This document shows positions 38,557 to 51,834 of a DNA stretch of 64,000 nucleotides, in pieces (the stretch's first letter is position 1; each line of letters starts with the position of its first letter). A program made the position numbers and the translations under genes. Source of the stretch: Camelus dromedarius (Eukaryota). Under the pieces are notes generated by a model. That model ran no database searches and was not told the origin of the DNA. It saw nothing but the letters and a program-made list of their open reading frames with translations. The stretch is taken from NCBI RefSeq assembly GCF_036321535.1, contig NC_087437.1, positions 104,782,001 through 104,846,000 of the forward strand, written 5' to 3'.

Positions 38557-38613
38557 TCCTGCGTGAACGGTGTTACTCTCCGCCTCTCTCCTGGCATTCA
38601 CCCGCCGGAATGT
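38557..38613 (-). other. Candidate 57-nt exon (unverified)
   Basis: Minus strand ctgatttctttcctcag|acattccgg...cacgcagga|gtaagt; frame 0 open; local CpG cluster. Confidence 0.35.
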
Positions 38614-39329
38614 CTGAGGAAAGAAATCAGATCGGCAATTTTCTGGGCAGTGAGAAGGGGATTTCTATTTTCCGAGAGCCTAAAATCCTAAGTATTATTT
38701 ACACAGTTTGAATTAATATAGGTTACCAGCAGATAAGATTTCAAAGGTTTTTATGACTGGGGAGTAATGGACAATTTTTTAGACTTAAAAAAAAAAAGAC
38801 CTGTCATGACTGCTGTGTTCACAATGAAACTGAGAAATAAACGATGTCTTTGCTTTATCTACCCACTTTTGGGGAAAAAAGGATTTGATGTGTTGTTTTT
38901 GAAAGACCATCTTTACAAAATAAACGTATGAGTCATTGCTGATTTTACTTTATAAAAGAAATACACCTCCAGAGTTAAAGTATGATGTTCCCTTCTTCTT
39001 AGCTACTCCCTAATTTTTCTGTTCTCTGAAGTCAAAAGTCTAAGTCAAGGATATCCAACGAGTCTGCTTAATTGCTTACTTCAAAATGACCTTTTTTTTT
39101 TTTTTTTCCCTCACGTGTCCTTTTGGTTATTGTTTGTTTCCTAAGGTTATGGTTTGTGACTATTACCAACATCCAGTTTCCCTTTGACCATTCTACTAGC
39201 CTAATTAGTTGGCACTCAACCCTGCTCACAGACCCCCTGTTCTCCATTGCTAACTGGATAATGGGATCTGTGAGATCCCTCGTCCTCCAGCAAGTGTACT
39301 GTCCCCATTTGCTCTTGAAATGACAAACT

Positions 39330-39682
39330 GTGGAAATGGAGAACATGATAGTGGTAGGCAGTAGGTGGTGGAGGGCAATCCAGTGTGACTCTAAAATAAC
39401 AACATAAGGAATCCTTCAGGAATGAAACTGTTCTGTATCTGAATGTGATGGGAGTCCAGTGAATCTACATATGTGATAAAGTTACAGAGAACTAAAACCA
39501 GACACACAAACTCAAAAGTACTAGCAAGACTGGGGAAATCTTTTCAATATGGATGGATCATATCAAGGTCAGTTTTCTGGTTGTGATATTGTGTAGACTG
39601 CAAGGGATCTCTCTGTGCTATTTCTTATAACTGCATGAAAGTCTACAATTATGTGAAAATAAAAAGTTTAATTAAAAATAAA
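39330..39682 (+). mobile_element. L1MC-like 3' UTR
   Basis: gaaactgttctgtatct...gaatctacatatgtgataaa...gggatctctctgtgctatttcttataactgcatgaaagtctacaattat...aataaaaagttt. Confidence 0.8.
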
Positions 39683-41059
39683 CTCGACAAAAGTATATGG
39701 TGCACTGTTTCATTAATAAGATGCTGAATATCACCCACAGGTTTAGGATAATGTTATAGAGCTCCTGTAATTGGCAACAGTGTTCTCTAGGAAATCAGAC
39801 TACAATTTCCATCCTGTTATCTCTTGAGAATTTAGAGGAAAAAAATACTCTATTTAGAAGGAGCAGAAATCCAAGACTTTTCTTACTTTTGTAAACTTTG
39901 GAGCTTCTGAAATGTAAGGAGAAATTTGAATAATGTAGTTGTTATCATTAATTATGCAGACAATTAAAAATACTTGCTCTAGCTATTAGAGTTGAAATGA
40001 CAGCTGTAAGACCAGTAACAAAAATAATTCCACATCTAGTAAAATACTACTCTTTTCAGAAATAGGGGAAAGTAGAAGAAATCCTACAGAAATGTGAAGG
40101 ATCACACGGGTATCTCAAGCATGCCATAAATAAGGCATTTAAATGTCATCCAACCCTTTTTTTCTTTCTATTGTTTTGTTCCTAAAATAAGGGCATGCTT
40201 TCAGTATTTCCTTTCACTTGTTTCTAGATTTGCCTTTTCAAACTTGGTAAGTAAGCATTTGATATAGCTCCTAGAAACTTGCAATTAATAATATTTAAAT
40301 TTCTTTGGCTTTCCTAGCTACCAATAATTTTTAAAAAATAAAATATTGTTATTTTAAACCTAGCATATCAAATAATTTTATTCTTCGTGGGAAATATATA
40401 ACAATGCATCAAATTTCTCATAATGACTATAATATCAAATAAATAGTGACAAATAGTTGTATGTTCTTCATTTGGTTAACTATCTCGAAAATGCTTGGAT
40501 TAACCATATACCAAAATAATATTATTGTATTTTTAAAATTATTTCTAATCTTATTCATCAGTATGGGAAAAATAAAAAAAAAAGGATGATATTTGCATTT
40601 GTCCTTCATAATTTTTTTTATTTTTCATCAAAATCATGAAGTGAGCAATTTAGTTTTAAAGTGCCTCCAAATATTTGGCTAATACATAAAAACAAAAAAA
40701 AAGAGGAAAGTATGTATTTATCAAATAGTTTTTGCTAGAATTCAAAACTGGTTTATGGCAAACTTATACGAATACAGTTACAGAGACTCAAAAGGAAAAA
40801 AAAAAAAACTACGAATAATAAAAAACAACAACAGCAACATAGTCTTGAGCCAGATGTCCCCAGTGAGTATCACACAGACATAAAATATAATGGATAAAAT
40901 GTTTCTGAAGATCAAAAAATTTTATGTAGATTCTCGTAAAGTCTTGTTTATTTAAATAAGCCGTGACTCCCAAATATTTGCAATTTTCTATTAAACTAAT
41001 GACTAGGAAACTTACATTTAATTTGACTGCTCTAATATGGACTTGGTGTAGTCTGAGTC

Positions 41060-41451
41060 TTCAGTAGTTTGTAAGGGCTGTCATAACAAAGTACCGTAAG
41101 CTGGGTGGTACCAGCTTAACATACATTTCTTTTATCAGAATTCTTGTGGCTGCAAGTCCAAGGCAGGATGTCAGAGGGCTTGGTTTCTTCTGAGGCTCCT
41201 CCCCTTGGTTGTGGGTGGCTTGTGTCTGTCTTCTCTCGGTGTCTTCGCGTGGTTTTCCCTGGGTAACTCCAGATTTTCTCTTCTTATGAGGACATCAGTC
41301 ATATTGGATTGGAGCCCACCCTAATGATCTCATTTTAACTTAATTACCTCTTTAAAATCCTGTGTCTGAATACGGTCACAATCTGTGGTACTAGGACTAG
41401 GGCTAGGACTTTATCATACGAATTTTGGGAGGATACAATGCTTTCCGTAAG
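41060..41451 (-). mobile_element. MaLR LTR (MLT1A/B-like)
   Basis: agggctgtcataacaaagtacc...cttcttatgaggacatcagtcatattggattggagcccaccctaatgatctcattttaacttaattacctctttaaa. Confidence 0.88.
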
Positions 41452-42145
41452 TGTCCAACACCGTTCTGCTTTGGCTTTTCTACAGAAATGTTTATCTGCT
41501 ATTGTATTCATGACACACCCTCCAGGCTCCTAATATTCCAGTTTTCCCATATCTGGTTTCCCCATTTATGCTATCATTACCACCTCTTAGTAAATAAATT
41601 GTAAAAAATTGGTGCACTGGAGAAGGGACAGGTAAGGTTTACCTTATAACTTATAGCTTAGAACTTTTTAAATGATTCAACTTTATATCTTTATAATTTT
41701 ATCATTAATAAAAATCTACAGTGAACATAAAAGTTATACATATTATGAAATATTATATTTTTCACATTTAAACCCTGAAGAGTATGTAAATTGCCCCATT
41801 ATATGACATTTTATGATTAATTTATTTGATTGAAAGCAAAAATTTGTCATCAGACAGGACCTATAGTACGAGAAATTTTATGAGCTGTGCAGATTCCAAC
41901 AAGAGACAGAATAAATCAATTGTTTAATCAGCTTCTAATAAACTCAGAAAGAATACTAAATATGATTTCTTCTTTTAATATAAGCAATTTGACAATAGGA
42001 CAATGCCGTTAAAATAAAAAAAGGTATAAAACAACAGCACAGAGCTAATGAAGGCCCAGTGTGATACAAACTGCCGATTTAGAAGGCACTGAGAACAGTC
42101 TAAATATGAAATCAGAGCAGAGGTAAGAAAAGCAAAACCACATTA

Positions 42146-42590
42146 TTTATTAGTTTCTTATTGACACTAACAAATTGCCACCAACTTGGCTTACATAAGG
42201 CAAATTTATTTTCTTTAGTTCTGGGGGTGAGAAGTCCAAAAAGAGTCTACATAGACCAGAGCTGGTCCTCACTGGAGGCTCCAGGGGAGAACCCATGCCT
42301 TGCTGGCTTTTAGAGGCAGCTGGCATCCCTTAGTTTGTGGCCACATCACTCCCATTCCTGCTGCTTGCCTCTCATTGCCTTCTTCCTCTTCTCTGGTCCT
42401 GTATTTCTCTGCTTCTCTCTTATAAGAACACTTGTAATTATATTTAGGGCCTATGGGATAATCCAGGGTAATCTCCTCCTCTCGAAATCCTTAACTTTAT
42501 TCCATCGGCAAATCTCCTTCTGCCACATAAGGCAACATTCACAGGCTCCAGGACTGGGAGTGGGAAATCTTTGGGGCCATTATTACTACA
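42146..42590 (-). mobile_element. MaLR LTR (MLT1C-like)
   Basis: ctggaggctccaggggagaaccc...ggataatccagggtaatctcc...gccacataaggcaacattcacaggctccagga. Confidence 0.88.
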
Positions 42591-44744
42591 ACCTATATGC
42601 CCTTCAATTTGTTGAGTGGGACTTCTGGAATACTTAACATGTATCAACCTGCAGTACCTAATATAGCATTTTGGGAGCAGTGTTAGCGTGTCAAATTAAG
42701 GACTGTAGCTAAGTTTATGTAGAAAGCTCTGGACTTTCTGAAGAATACAAAGAAGGGTTGCAAATATGGCTATTTCTCACCCAGATTAGTTCTTTTTCAC
42801 ACTTTAATTGTCTAATGTCTATATAGAGAGCTGTAGGCCTTGCTGGTTATTCATGAACATATTTAAACGTCTTATAGATCCCAAGACATAAATAGCTTCC
42901 ATTGAATTTGCAAATCTTTTTGAGATAAAATTTGCTTCTGTATAATTAGTCCTATCTTGTGGGTTATCTTATTAGGTATGTATCTGGGCAGTATACTATC
43001 TTGTCATGTGCTTAGATGCGCCAATTTAAAACAATTTTCTGGTTCTTTTAGATATATTCACCTCGTTACTATAGCTAGATTGAAAACTCCTTAAGGAAAT
43101 ACTTCATATGTATTCTGTGGGTGCGGTACCCTCTAGTTATTCTTAAAGACGTCCTTGAGGATCAACCCCTGCCCCTGCAGAGCTCAGAGAGCTTTCTCCT
43201 CTATTTGAATTTAATTTGTGTTTCAATGACACACAGAATTCACCTACCCCCTTTTTATGATGCTAACTTAGGGGTTCAGACCATTGAAGGATATTTTAAA
43301 TCAGCATTCCCCAACTTTTTCCCTAAGGACACTTACTCACATATAACAAACTTTTTTATCATCCAAGACAACATAAGGACAATATAATAATATGCTTATG
43401 AAATAAGATATATTTAATGCGTAATTTTGTTTTGTTTTCATTTTAACATGTCCATCCAAGTATGAATTTAGTATAAACCAATAATTCATATCAGCCAAGT
43501 CTGTTCTGACTAGTCAGTTGCCTGCACTATACCCATATTTACTATGAGTACCATTCCTAGTGTTCATTTAATTTTGGGAGATCATTAAATGTTCTTCCTT
43601 TTGTTTTCCCTAAAAAGTTGGTAATATTAGGATTTTGGGTGTTTTATGTAGTTTTGTAATACAGCCATACTCATCGCAATAAACATTTGACAACTTTAGG
43701 TTAATGTTAGTATCTCTAAATATTAGTCTATCTATTTATTTACTTATTCTATATTTATGCAATTATTATTACTTATTAAAATTTTATAGCTCAGAAAAAC
43801 CAGCTGACAGATGAGTTGATTCTTTGTAGACAGATCCTCCTCAACAAAAGTTTAAACTGAGGTTTTCATTCACTAGATAAAGCAGTTAATTTTATTTTAT
43901 CAATGAAGGACTTTTGAAAGGATGATTTTACCAGAGACCAAAATGTTATTAATATATATTGTTTTTTAATTGTATGTTGCTTTAGGTAGTAAATGAGAGA
44001 AAAAACATTTTATCTCAATTCTTTTGTAAAATCTATAATGTACAGAATTTGAAGTAGGAAATAAGCCAAGGAACAAGATTAAAATAAACTCATAAAACTG
44101 AAAGAAGCTCGAGATAAAACCTGACATACTCCGCACACGTTTATAAACACACTGCTTTAAAAGGTGATAGCAAATGTGTTACATGTGATAGACAGTGAGG
44201 GATGATGAACAGTGTGTTAAACTCATCCTTCAGATACTTACAAGAATAGCTATGCTAGAGGAGTTTAAGATATAGTTTTTGGTGTGTTAAAATATAAACT
44301 TTAGAATCCTGAGATCTTACAGTTAGTAAAAATCCCAAAAGCCCTCTAGCCAAATTCTATTACCTGTATAAATAGCTCCACATGTCCCTGACCACTTGTC
44401 ATCATATTCTGTTTGGAACTTGCAGGATCAGAATGCTGTCTACCTCATCCTGTTGTTACTGTGAGAAGCCTCCAGTGTTCTGGTCTCCCTAAAATGGAAC
44501 ACGGTTCCTCATCTGTTAATTTTACTTCTTGCTCTTGGCCAGTAAGACTGCCTAACCTCTTTTTTCAAAATATAATAAAAATTTAAATACCTTAAACATC
44601 ATCAGGTCTCATGTTAGTTCTCTCCACGCAAAGTGACAATATTCACTTTATCCTGCTTTCAGTCTTGAAGGTTAATCTCTTACCTTCAGACACACAAAGA
44701 ACGGAGAGAAGTATTTTCTTAATCTCCTTTAATAATTAATCTTA

Positions 44745-44831
44745 GGGTTTTTGTAATTGAAAAAAATTTATATACAAAAAATGCCCAGATCTTAAATATA
44801 GAGTTTGCTGAGTTGTGACTTACATGCATCA
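44745..44831 (-). mobile_element. Old L1 3' UTR fragment interrupted by an LTR (resumes at about 45286-45360)
   Basis: aaatgcccagatcttaaatatagagtttgctgagttgtgac...catg, then taaccaccaacctcaaacaagatgtggaatattt after the LTR. Confidence 0.6.
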
Positions 44832-45285
44832 TGGAAATTTTACAGAAACGACAGGCCAGTCAAGAAACAAGCACCACTCGGAGGGTTGGAGTACTCAGAT
44901 GTATTACGCGGGCTCAGAGGGGCTTCTGCTCCGAAGCTCTGAGCACCTCCAAGATGTGCGCATGAGGTTTTATAGGGTAAAGTACAAGCTTAGGGTATTT
45001 GGCCAATAGGCATGGAACAGCTTTAGCAGCATTATCGTCACAAAAGTGGAGGAGGGGAGGCAGCAAACTAACATTCCAAAGCCAGATATGTATCTTTGAA
45101 AATCCAGCTGGCTAGCAAAAAACATGAACAGCAAACCAACACTAATTAACCTAGATTTACAAGTTAGTCTAGCAGAACTCAGATCAGTATTCCAATATTT
45201 AGACTTGTTAGCCCAGCCCAGCCTCTCCTTCACATTCCTAGACTTGTGAGTTATCTTGTTAGACCAGCCCAGCTTTTCCTTCACA
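44832..45285 (-). mobile_element. ERV solo LTR, relatively CpG-retaining
   Basis: Minus strand starts tgtgaaggaaaag; antisense TATA (ttttatag near 44968) and poly(A)-like signal (tgtatt near 44900); splits an older L1 fragment. Confidence 0.7.
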
Positions 45286-45525
45286 TAACCACCAACCTCA
45301 AACAAGATGTGGAATATTTGCTTTGCTCTGCAAAGTTCCTTCGTATCACTTTCCAGCTGCTTCGCACACCTAAGAGGCAAACTTTGATCTGTTCTCTGTC
45401 ATCAGGAATTAGATTAAAGAGGTAATAATTTGGCATCTGTCAGGAAGAGAGGAAAAACAAAAAAATTTGTGATTGATGAAGATATGTCAGTGGGTGAAAA
45501 TTCCACAGAAAATATCAAAAGGTGA

Positions 45526-46011
45526 TGTGAACGAAAAATACTGCAAACCGTATCAGCAAACAAAGAATGCTGAAACCATTAAGTCATCAGCGGCTGCCGC
45601 CACCCCCCAGTGAAGGCAAGCCTGCAGCCCGGCCTCTGCAGCCACTCACAATGGTGCCCCCTGAGGGGACTCAGAATAAGAAAGGACAGGATACTGGCCC
45701 TAGACAGCTAGGCGCTTGTCAAAGGAATGAATTCATTGAGCCCAAATGTTTGCTTCCTCCCATACATAGAAAAGCACTAAATTCTTTAACTTGAGTTGCC
45801 TGGTTTTCTTTAGTTAACAAGTAATCTTTAATGTTCTGACTACCTGGTCTTTGTTGTTAAACTCCTATATATCCTAGCTCCTCCCCTACCTCTTTGGAGC
45901 AGGCCTTCAGAGCGACCTGAGAGGCTGTCATCCTGGGCTGAGTCCTTAGAATTGTCCACTGAATAAAATATAACTCTCAACTTTTAGGTTGTGCATTTAT
46001 TTCAGTCAATA
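45526..46011 (+). mobile_element. ERV1-class solo LTR (copy A)
   Basis: tgtgaacgaaaaata...tatatatcc...aataaaata...ttcagtcaata; aligns along its length with 46592-47062. Confidence 0.9.
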
Positions 46012-46591
46012 ATGGTTTCAGAAATAAAAAGCAAACAAACACCACCTCCTCTGGGTTTTTCTTACAAAGAGTAAGTCACATCGATGGAACAATTAATTTT
46101 TCCTAGGATGGATTTGTGATTTTTGATTGCCATGCCATTAAAAAAAAAAGGAGTTCGACAGGAGTTCCTGATTTTGCTTTCCTTTTAGCACTAACCATTG
46201 CTTCATGTCAACTTTTTCTTTCTTCACAGCTTTAATCACAAGATGACTGGTGCCTCGGTCACTATATTTGTGCAATGCCTTTGTTTATCTGTCACTGTAT
46301 ATATATATATATTAAGGTATTTACCTAAATTTAGTGAAGATTTTACCCTGTATGTTGCATTTCCAAAATGCTTGTGGTATATTTCTAGATGGCTCAGTCA
46401 GGAGGCTGAGCTATGATGGTGATATAAGGGCAAGGGAACAATGTCCCTTCATGATTCTTCCCTCAGTAAAGTGTCTCCTGTGAACTAAAACTCTAGTCGA
46501 TTTTCATTTCCTGTCTCTCAAATCCACTAACTGTAGTTCATCTGGACCAACATCATCCTCATTTGAACCTTCTCACTTGAAATATTGCAAC

Positions 46592-47062
46592 TGAGAATGA
46601 AAAATACTGCATAAGTAAACAAACAATGCTGAAACCATCAAGTCATCAGTGGCTGCCACCACCCCCCAGTGAAGACAAGCCTGCGGCCCAGCCTCTGCAA
46701 CCACTCACAATGGTGCACCCTGAGGGGACTCAGAATAAGAAAGGACAGCATACTGGCCCTAGAGAGCTAGGTGCTTGTCAAAGGAATGAATTCAATGAGC
46801 CCAAATGTTTGCTTCCTCCCATACATAGAAAAGCACTAAATTCTTTAACTTGAGATGCCTGGTTTTCTTTAGATAACAAGTAATCTTTTAATGTTCCAAC
46901 TACCTGGTCTTTGTTGTAAAGCTCCTATATATCCTAGCTCCTCCCCTACCTCTTCAGAGCAGTTCCTCGGAGCGATCTTGAGGCTGTCATCCCGGCTTGA
47001 GTCCTCCCGCCAAATAAAACATAACTCTGAACATTTAAGCTGCCCATTTATTTCAGTCGACA
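46592..47062 (+). mobile_element. ERV1-class solo LTR (copy B) with 4-bp TSD, inserted in L2
   Basis: tgagaatgaaaaata...ttcagtcgaca; caac at 46588-46591 and 47063-47066. Confidence 0.92.
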
Positions 47063-47066
47063 CAAC

Positions 47067-47590
47067 AGTCTCCCAGCAACCAATGTCCCCAATGGATGAT
47101 GACTTTTCTCTAATCTAAACATGGCACTTCTGTTTAAAATCCTTTAATGACATCTTTCTAGTAAAATGATGATCACATTCCTAGCCCCCTGCTTTCTCTG
47201 ACTGCACAATCTTTATCCTTCTCTTCATCCCAATCCTTTGACCAAATTACAGTCCCTCCTATCATAGGGTTTCTGCACATGCTTTTCCTTCTTCCTTTCC
47301 CATGCTATCATGTTAATGCCTATACTTCTTTCAGATAAGAGCTTAATAAATTAATACTTCCAAGTTTTCTCTAAGTCAGGTATCCTTATTTCAAGACCCA
47401 TCTGTAGAACACTCTTCGTTATACCAATGGTTGCAGTTGGTATTTTATTGTCATTTAATCACTTGATGCATAGCCATCCCCCATCCACCTAAAGAAAGAG
47501 ACCAAATTGTATGATTCATTTATCCCACTACCTGGCACAAGATCCAGTATGTAGTAGGAAGTTAATCAATGTTTATTGAATTAATTATTA
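47067..47590 (+). mobile_element. L2 3' region (host of LTR copy B; left part about 46480-46591)
   Basis: ttctcacttgaaatattgcaac|agtctcc junction; tatcccactacctggcacaag...gtagtaggaagttaatcaatgtttattgaatt. Confidence 0.7.
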
Positions 47591-49379
47591 AGCCTGTTCA
47601 TGATTAAAAAAAAAAAAAAGGCCAGAAATAAGCCAGTGGTTATGGTGGTTTCTGATCAATTGGTAAGTTGACCAAGAAAAGGATGACTATATAAACAATG
47701 TATAAGATTTGATTGCAACTGGTCAAGAATTTAGTTGAAACAACTAGAGTAAAATGTCTTCCCATTGCTTCACTTAGTAAAGCAGTTTATTGACTATCAA
47801 TCAGAAATTTACTTTCAATAAAAAAGTTGATCAAAATATTTTAAATGTTTTACTCTTCCAAAGAGTATTGAAATACCAATTATTGGCTAACATATATTAT
47901 TACCTGAACTTAAATAATATATACAATAACTGAATATCATCAACCACACAAGAGTTTTTAAAGAATAGTATACATTGAAAGTCAAAATCATACTATGTAG
48001 ATTAATCGCAGAATATGTGTATTTCTAGGAATAAAATGAGAACACTGATGGGGAATCAAATTATAAACATTGTTTTCCTGTTAAGATAATTTAATCACTT
48101 AAATGAGGTTTAGAAGAGCCAAAGGAATGAAGCATTCAGCTAATATAAGGTAGACATAAGATGCAACTCTTCCTCCAAGAATACAGAATTCTACAACAGC
48201 AAAATATGGATCCAAGGAATTGCCATAATAAATTTCTAAGTATTGAAGGACCCACAAAAAAATAAAAAAGAAGACGAAAAATAAACTGATTAGGAAGACT
48301 CTCTAAAACCTAAGTCATGTGATATAGATGCCATTCGATATAGATAAGGAATTCTCATCAAGGAACAGATTTAGTGGCATTTTAAAGATGCTGTTTAATC
48401 TCTTAAAATAATGAGCTCAATTTTGTTGTTTCATGGGAGATTTAAACATCTTTATATCATTCGTAGTGTATAGAAGGAATATTAGTGTTGTCTTATTCTG
48501 TAGAATACCAAGAAAAGTGGGAATTTCAAAACATAAAAAAACCCTAAATTCTCTGTAGCAGTGATGACCAGATGACTAGCAGTCTTCGTATTTAAGGACC
48601 CATATGAAAATCTCTGTACTCAAAGAGCTTTGCAGTCTCATACAGGAAACTGAACTTGTACACCAAAAAGTACAACAAAGAAATATAGACATTTCATAAG
48701 AGGTCTTCGGGCAAAGAACTATAAGAATTCATGAAGTGAAATTCATGTTCAAGTACAGAACATGAACATTTGGTTGAGCATTTCTGTACAAACACAGACT
48801 TTGTTACTCAGATTTTTGGTGGAATGTCCTTATCATTGGAGATTTCCTCCATTAAAATAGTATCATCAAATGCCCAGGATATTTCTCAGAATTCTCATGC
48901 AGCTCAGTTCTCTTCTGATGAATGATTAATCTCACCTGGGTTTTATCACTTGTAGCTGTTTTCATTAGCTCCTTTCTGTTGAAGAATTCACACATATTCT
49001 CAAATGCACATACCCTCGAGGTGGGAAAGTTAGACTCCCAAAGTTGAGTAGCTACTTGAGATAAAAATAAATGAATTATTGGTGTTTTAATTATTTTGAG
49101 TATTTAAAAAGCATTGACAAAATGTATATAGCCATCAAAATGTTGACTGTGTTTATGTGTTTTAACATAAGTGGAAATAACGCTCAAGAAACACCCAATG
49201 ACCCCTCTATGTTTTATGGACATAAAATGATACCAAGATTTAAGTCAACTAAACACTTTAATTTGTCTCAGTTCTGCTTTTAGAGACTTTTCAAATGACA
49301 AAAACCAGACCAAACACTGAACTCTGTTTCTAGCCTTTGACACTTCTGATATATGAGTCATGCCCTGACAAGAAAAAGA

Positions 49380-49838
49380 AATCTACTCCTGTTCAATTTA
49401 AGAGGATGTAACTCAGTAATCGGAAGAGATGTGAACAGGATCCAGGGGAGCAGCTGGGCGGTTGTTACAGTCAATCACCCTTAGATATAAAGGAGTAAGT
49501 GGAGGAGACAATGTCAACAGAGCCTGGTGGGAGATGGAATTATGAAGAAGGGTCACCGGTTTAGACCTGTAGATGTAGAAAGAAGAAGCTATTCCAGAAC
49601 CTTAGCTGTCAAACAAAAGGGAAAAAGGGAAGAAATGCCCTGACTTACTTCTCCTCCTGTCCTCTGATTCCTTGCAAGTATCTTCTTTTAGTGGAACTAG
49701 CTGCAAGCCAGAGGCCAAGGGAGCCTGCTGTTGTACTCTGCAAGGGTCAGAATCCTAGAGCACAGAGCCAAGATGAAGAACATGAAGAGAATGTAGGTGG
49801 GATGGGGAGGGGAGGGACAGCTGCAGAATAACCAGCTT
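49380..49838 (-). mobile_element. ERVL LTR, LTR33-like
   Basis: ccctgacttacttctcctcctgtcctctgat...aagccagaggccaagggagcc...agagcacagagc...gaataaccagc. Confidence 0.7.
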
Positions 49839-50772
49839 CCCTTCCCACAAAAATCCCAACTTACATAATATGTTTACATACAGTAAAGGTTATTCAAGTT
49901 TGTCCTCTCATTCCGGAGACTGCATCTCTCTTCCGTTCCATTCCTACAACTCACTTTCGCTCTTTTTTATCATGCAAAATGTTTTGTTTTCTACCTACTG
50001 TTTGCTCTTGATCTCCCTGCCTTTGCTCACTAGCCCAGACTTGTTCATACGTTCTGCTGCGGATCATCCACTCCAGGTCTACTGTTCGGCTATAAACAAT
50101 CAGCAGTGACTTGGGACTTTCTAACTTGCTTCTGCTCTACTTTCTTGCTTCTCTTAATGCTCTGTGGTGAACGGGAATAGCCGTACAGGTATTTTTTTCC
50201 CACTGAGGTGGATGATGCCATCCCCTACACCTGCCCCACCACATGCACAGGAGCAGAAGTTCATATCAATTTTACTTCAAGTAGCATTTCTCTACGCTTG
50301 TTCCCTTCATTCTCGTTGGTACTGGAAATTAACCCAACTTGAAAGATGAGCTTCTCAGACAGAGAGATGATAAAAACAGGGACAGTTCTGTAAAATAATA
50401 TAAAAATCTAGCGGTATATGGGCTATAATTTTGTACTATTAATTTAAGAATATCAGTATTTTAATAAAAAGCATATACTTATTGTATATAATTGCTAATC
50501 AGCTGAATGAACAAAGAGTGGTCTCCTTTCCTGATTAGGTTGTTAGGAGTCAAATAAAGAGTCTTTATTCCAGCTTAGTGAGGATCAGAGAAAAGCAAAC
50601 AATATGATGAGATTTTTTTTTTCAGCCAAAAAACAACTTACTTAGGGAGTGAAGACAGTGAAAAGCAGGGATAGGTTAACTAACAATTTGATGATTCACA
50701 CAAAGTGGTAAAGAAAGAGCTAAGGAACAGTCAGTTTGAAATATTCTCTGGTGTCATATCACTATTTCCTTC

Positions 50773-51295
50773 TGTGTTAGTTTGGCTAAAGTGAACTTCT
50801 AGGAAGAAAAAAAAAGCAGACTTATAATTCTCAAACACAATAGAGGTTTATTTCTCACTCACTGGTATAAATTAGATTTTCTGGGTTCATGGGTGAATTA
50901 CCACCATGATCCAGGAAACTGCTTTTTTTTTTTCCCGTCATGTAGTTTTCCATTCCTTTTGGTCTTTTGAAAGCTACACCTTGCTAGTGAAGAACGAGGA
51001 AAGTTTTGCAGTGGCAATTCTAATCGTGTCAGTGATTAAACATTCTCCCTTCCTTCACTGGGTGGAGCTCAACCATCACTCTGCCGCCAGTACCCATGAG
51101 GGGGCACGTCCATTTCTAAAACACCGTCAGGTGACAATAGCACATAGGATGTTGATTCACATTCCACTGTGCACGTGCGCTCAGTCACAAGGCCAAACCT
51201 AACTGCAAAGGAGACTGGGAAATACAAGCTAGCTATACTCAAGAAAAAGAAAAAATACTTTTTTTTCCTCTAAATACTAGCAATTTCTATTATGT
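50773..51295 (-). mobile_element. MaLR LTR (old MLT1, J/K-like)
   Basis: aaacacaatagaggtttatttctcactca...tcacattccactg...cagtcacaaggccaaacctaactgcaaaggagactgggaaat. Confidence 0.75.
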
Positions 51296-51834
51296 GGGGA
51301 TTATAAGGATCAATATTTAAATATGTAACTTTCTAAACATGTATTTACCATTTTTGTTTCTCCGGTTTCAGTTTGCTCTGGAGTTAAATCATAAGATAAA
51401 AAAGTAAGCTGATTATTTTTACTTGTGATGATTTTAAATGTAGAAGTTTAATCAGGGTCGATTAAATTCAAGTATCTTGTCTTGCCTGTAAATTTGGGTA
51501 ATCCCACAGAGACAAAATTTTCTTCTTTGTTTTATTTTCGGACACACTTATCTATTTATATGTAATAGTGTTAGGAGCTACAATTATACAAAGAAAAAAA
51601 GTAAATGTCTTTCTGCCTCTTAGAAAACTTGTTTTTATATACTTACTGCTTCTGAAAACTTGAGCATCATTTTAACAGTCCCTCTTTGGAAAGCCATTTA
51701 AAGCCAATAAACTATTAATTGAAGTCTTGTTATTTCTACTAAACCTCAGACACAGGGCTGCATGTTGATAATATATTGGTAAGAAGCACAGTTTTTTCTT
51801 TGCCCCACACAATGTTTATATTCTAGTAGGATAA

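Noticed and set aside
46012..46591. Internal region of a deleted provirus or TRIM-like element
   Set aside because: No PBS or PPT, the right part is L2, and the second LTR has its own TSD.
48741..48765. 9-bp hairpin ttcatgttc/gaacatgaa
   Set aside because: Short enough to arise by chance in 64 kb of AT-rich DNA.
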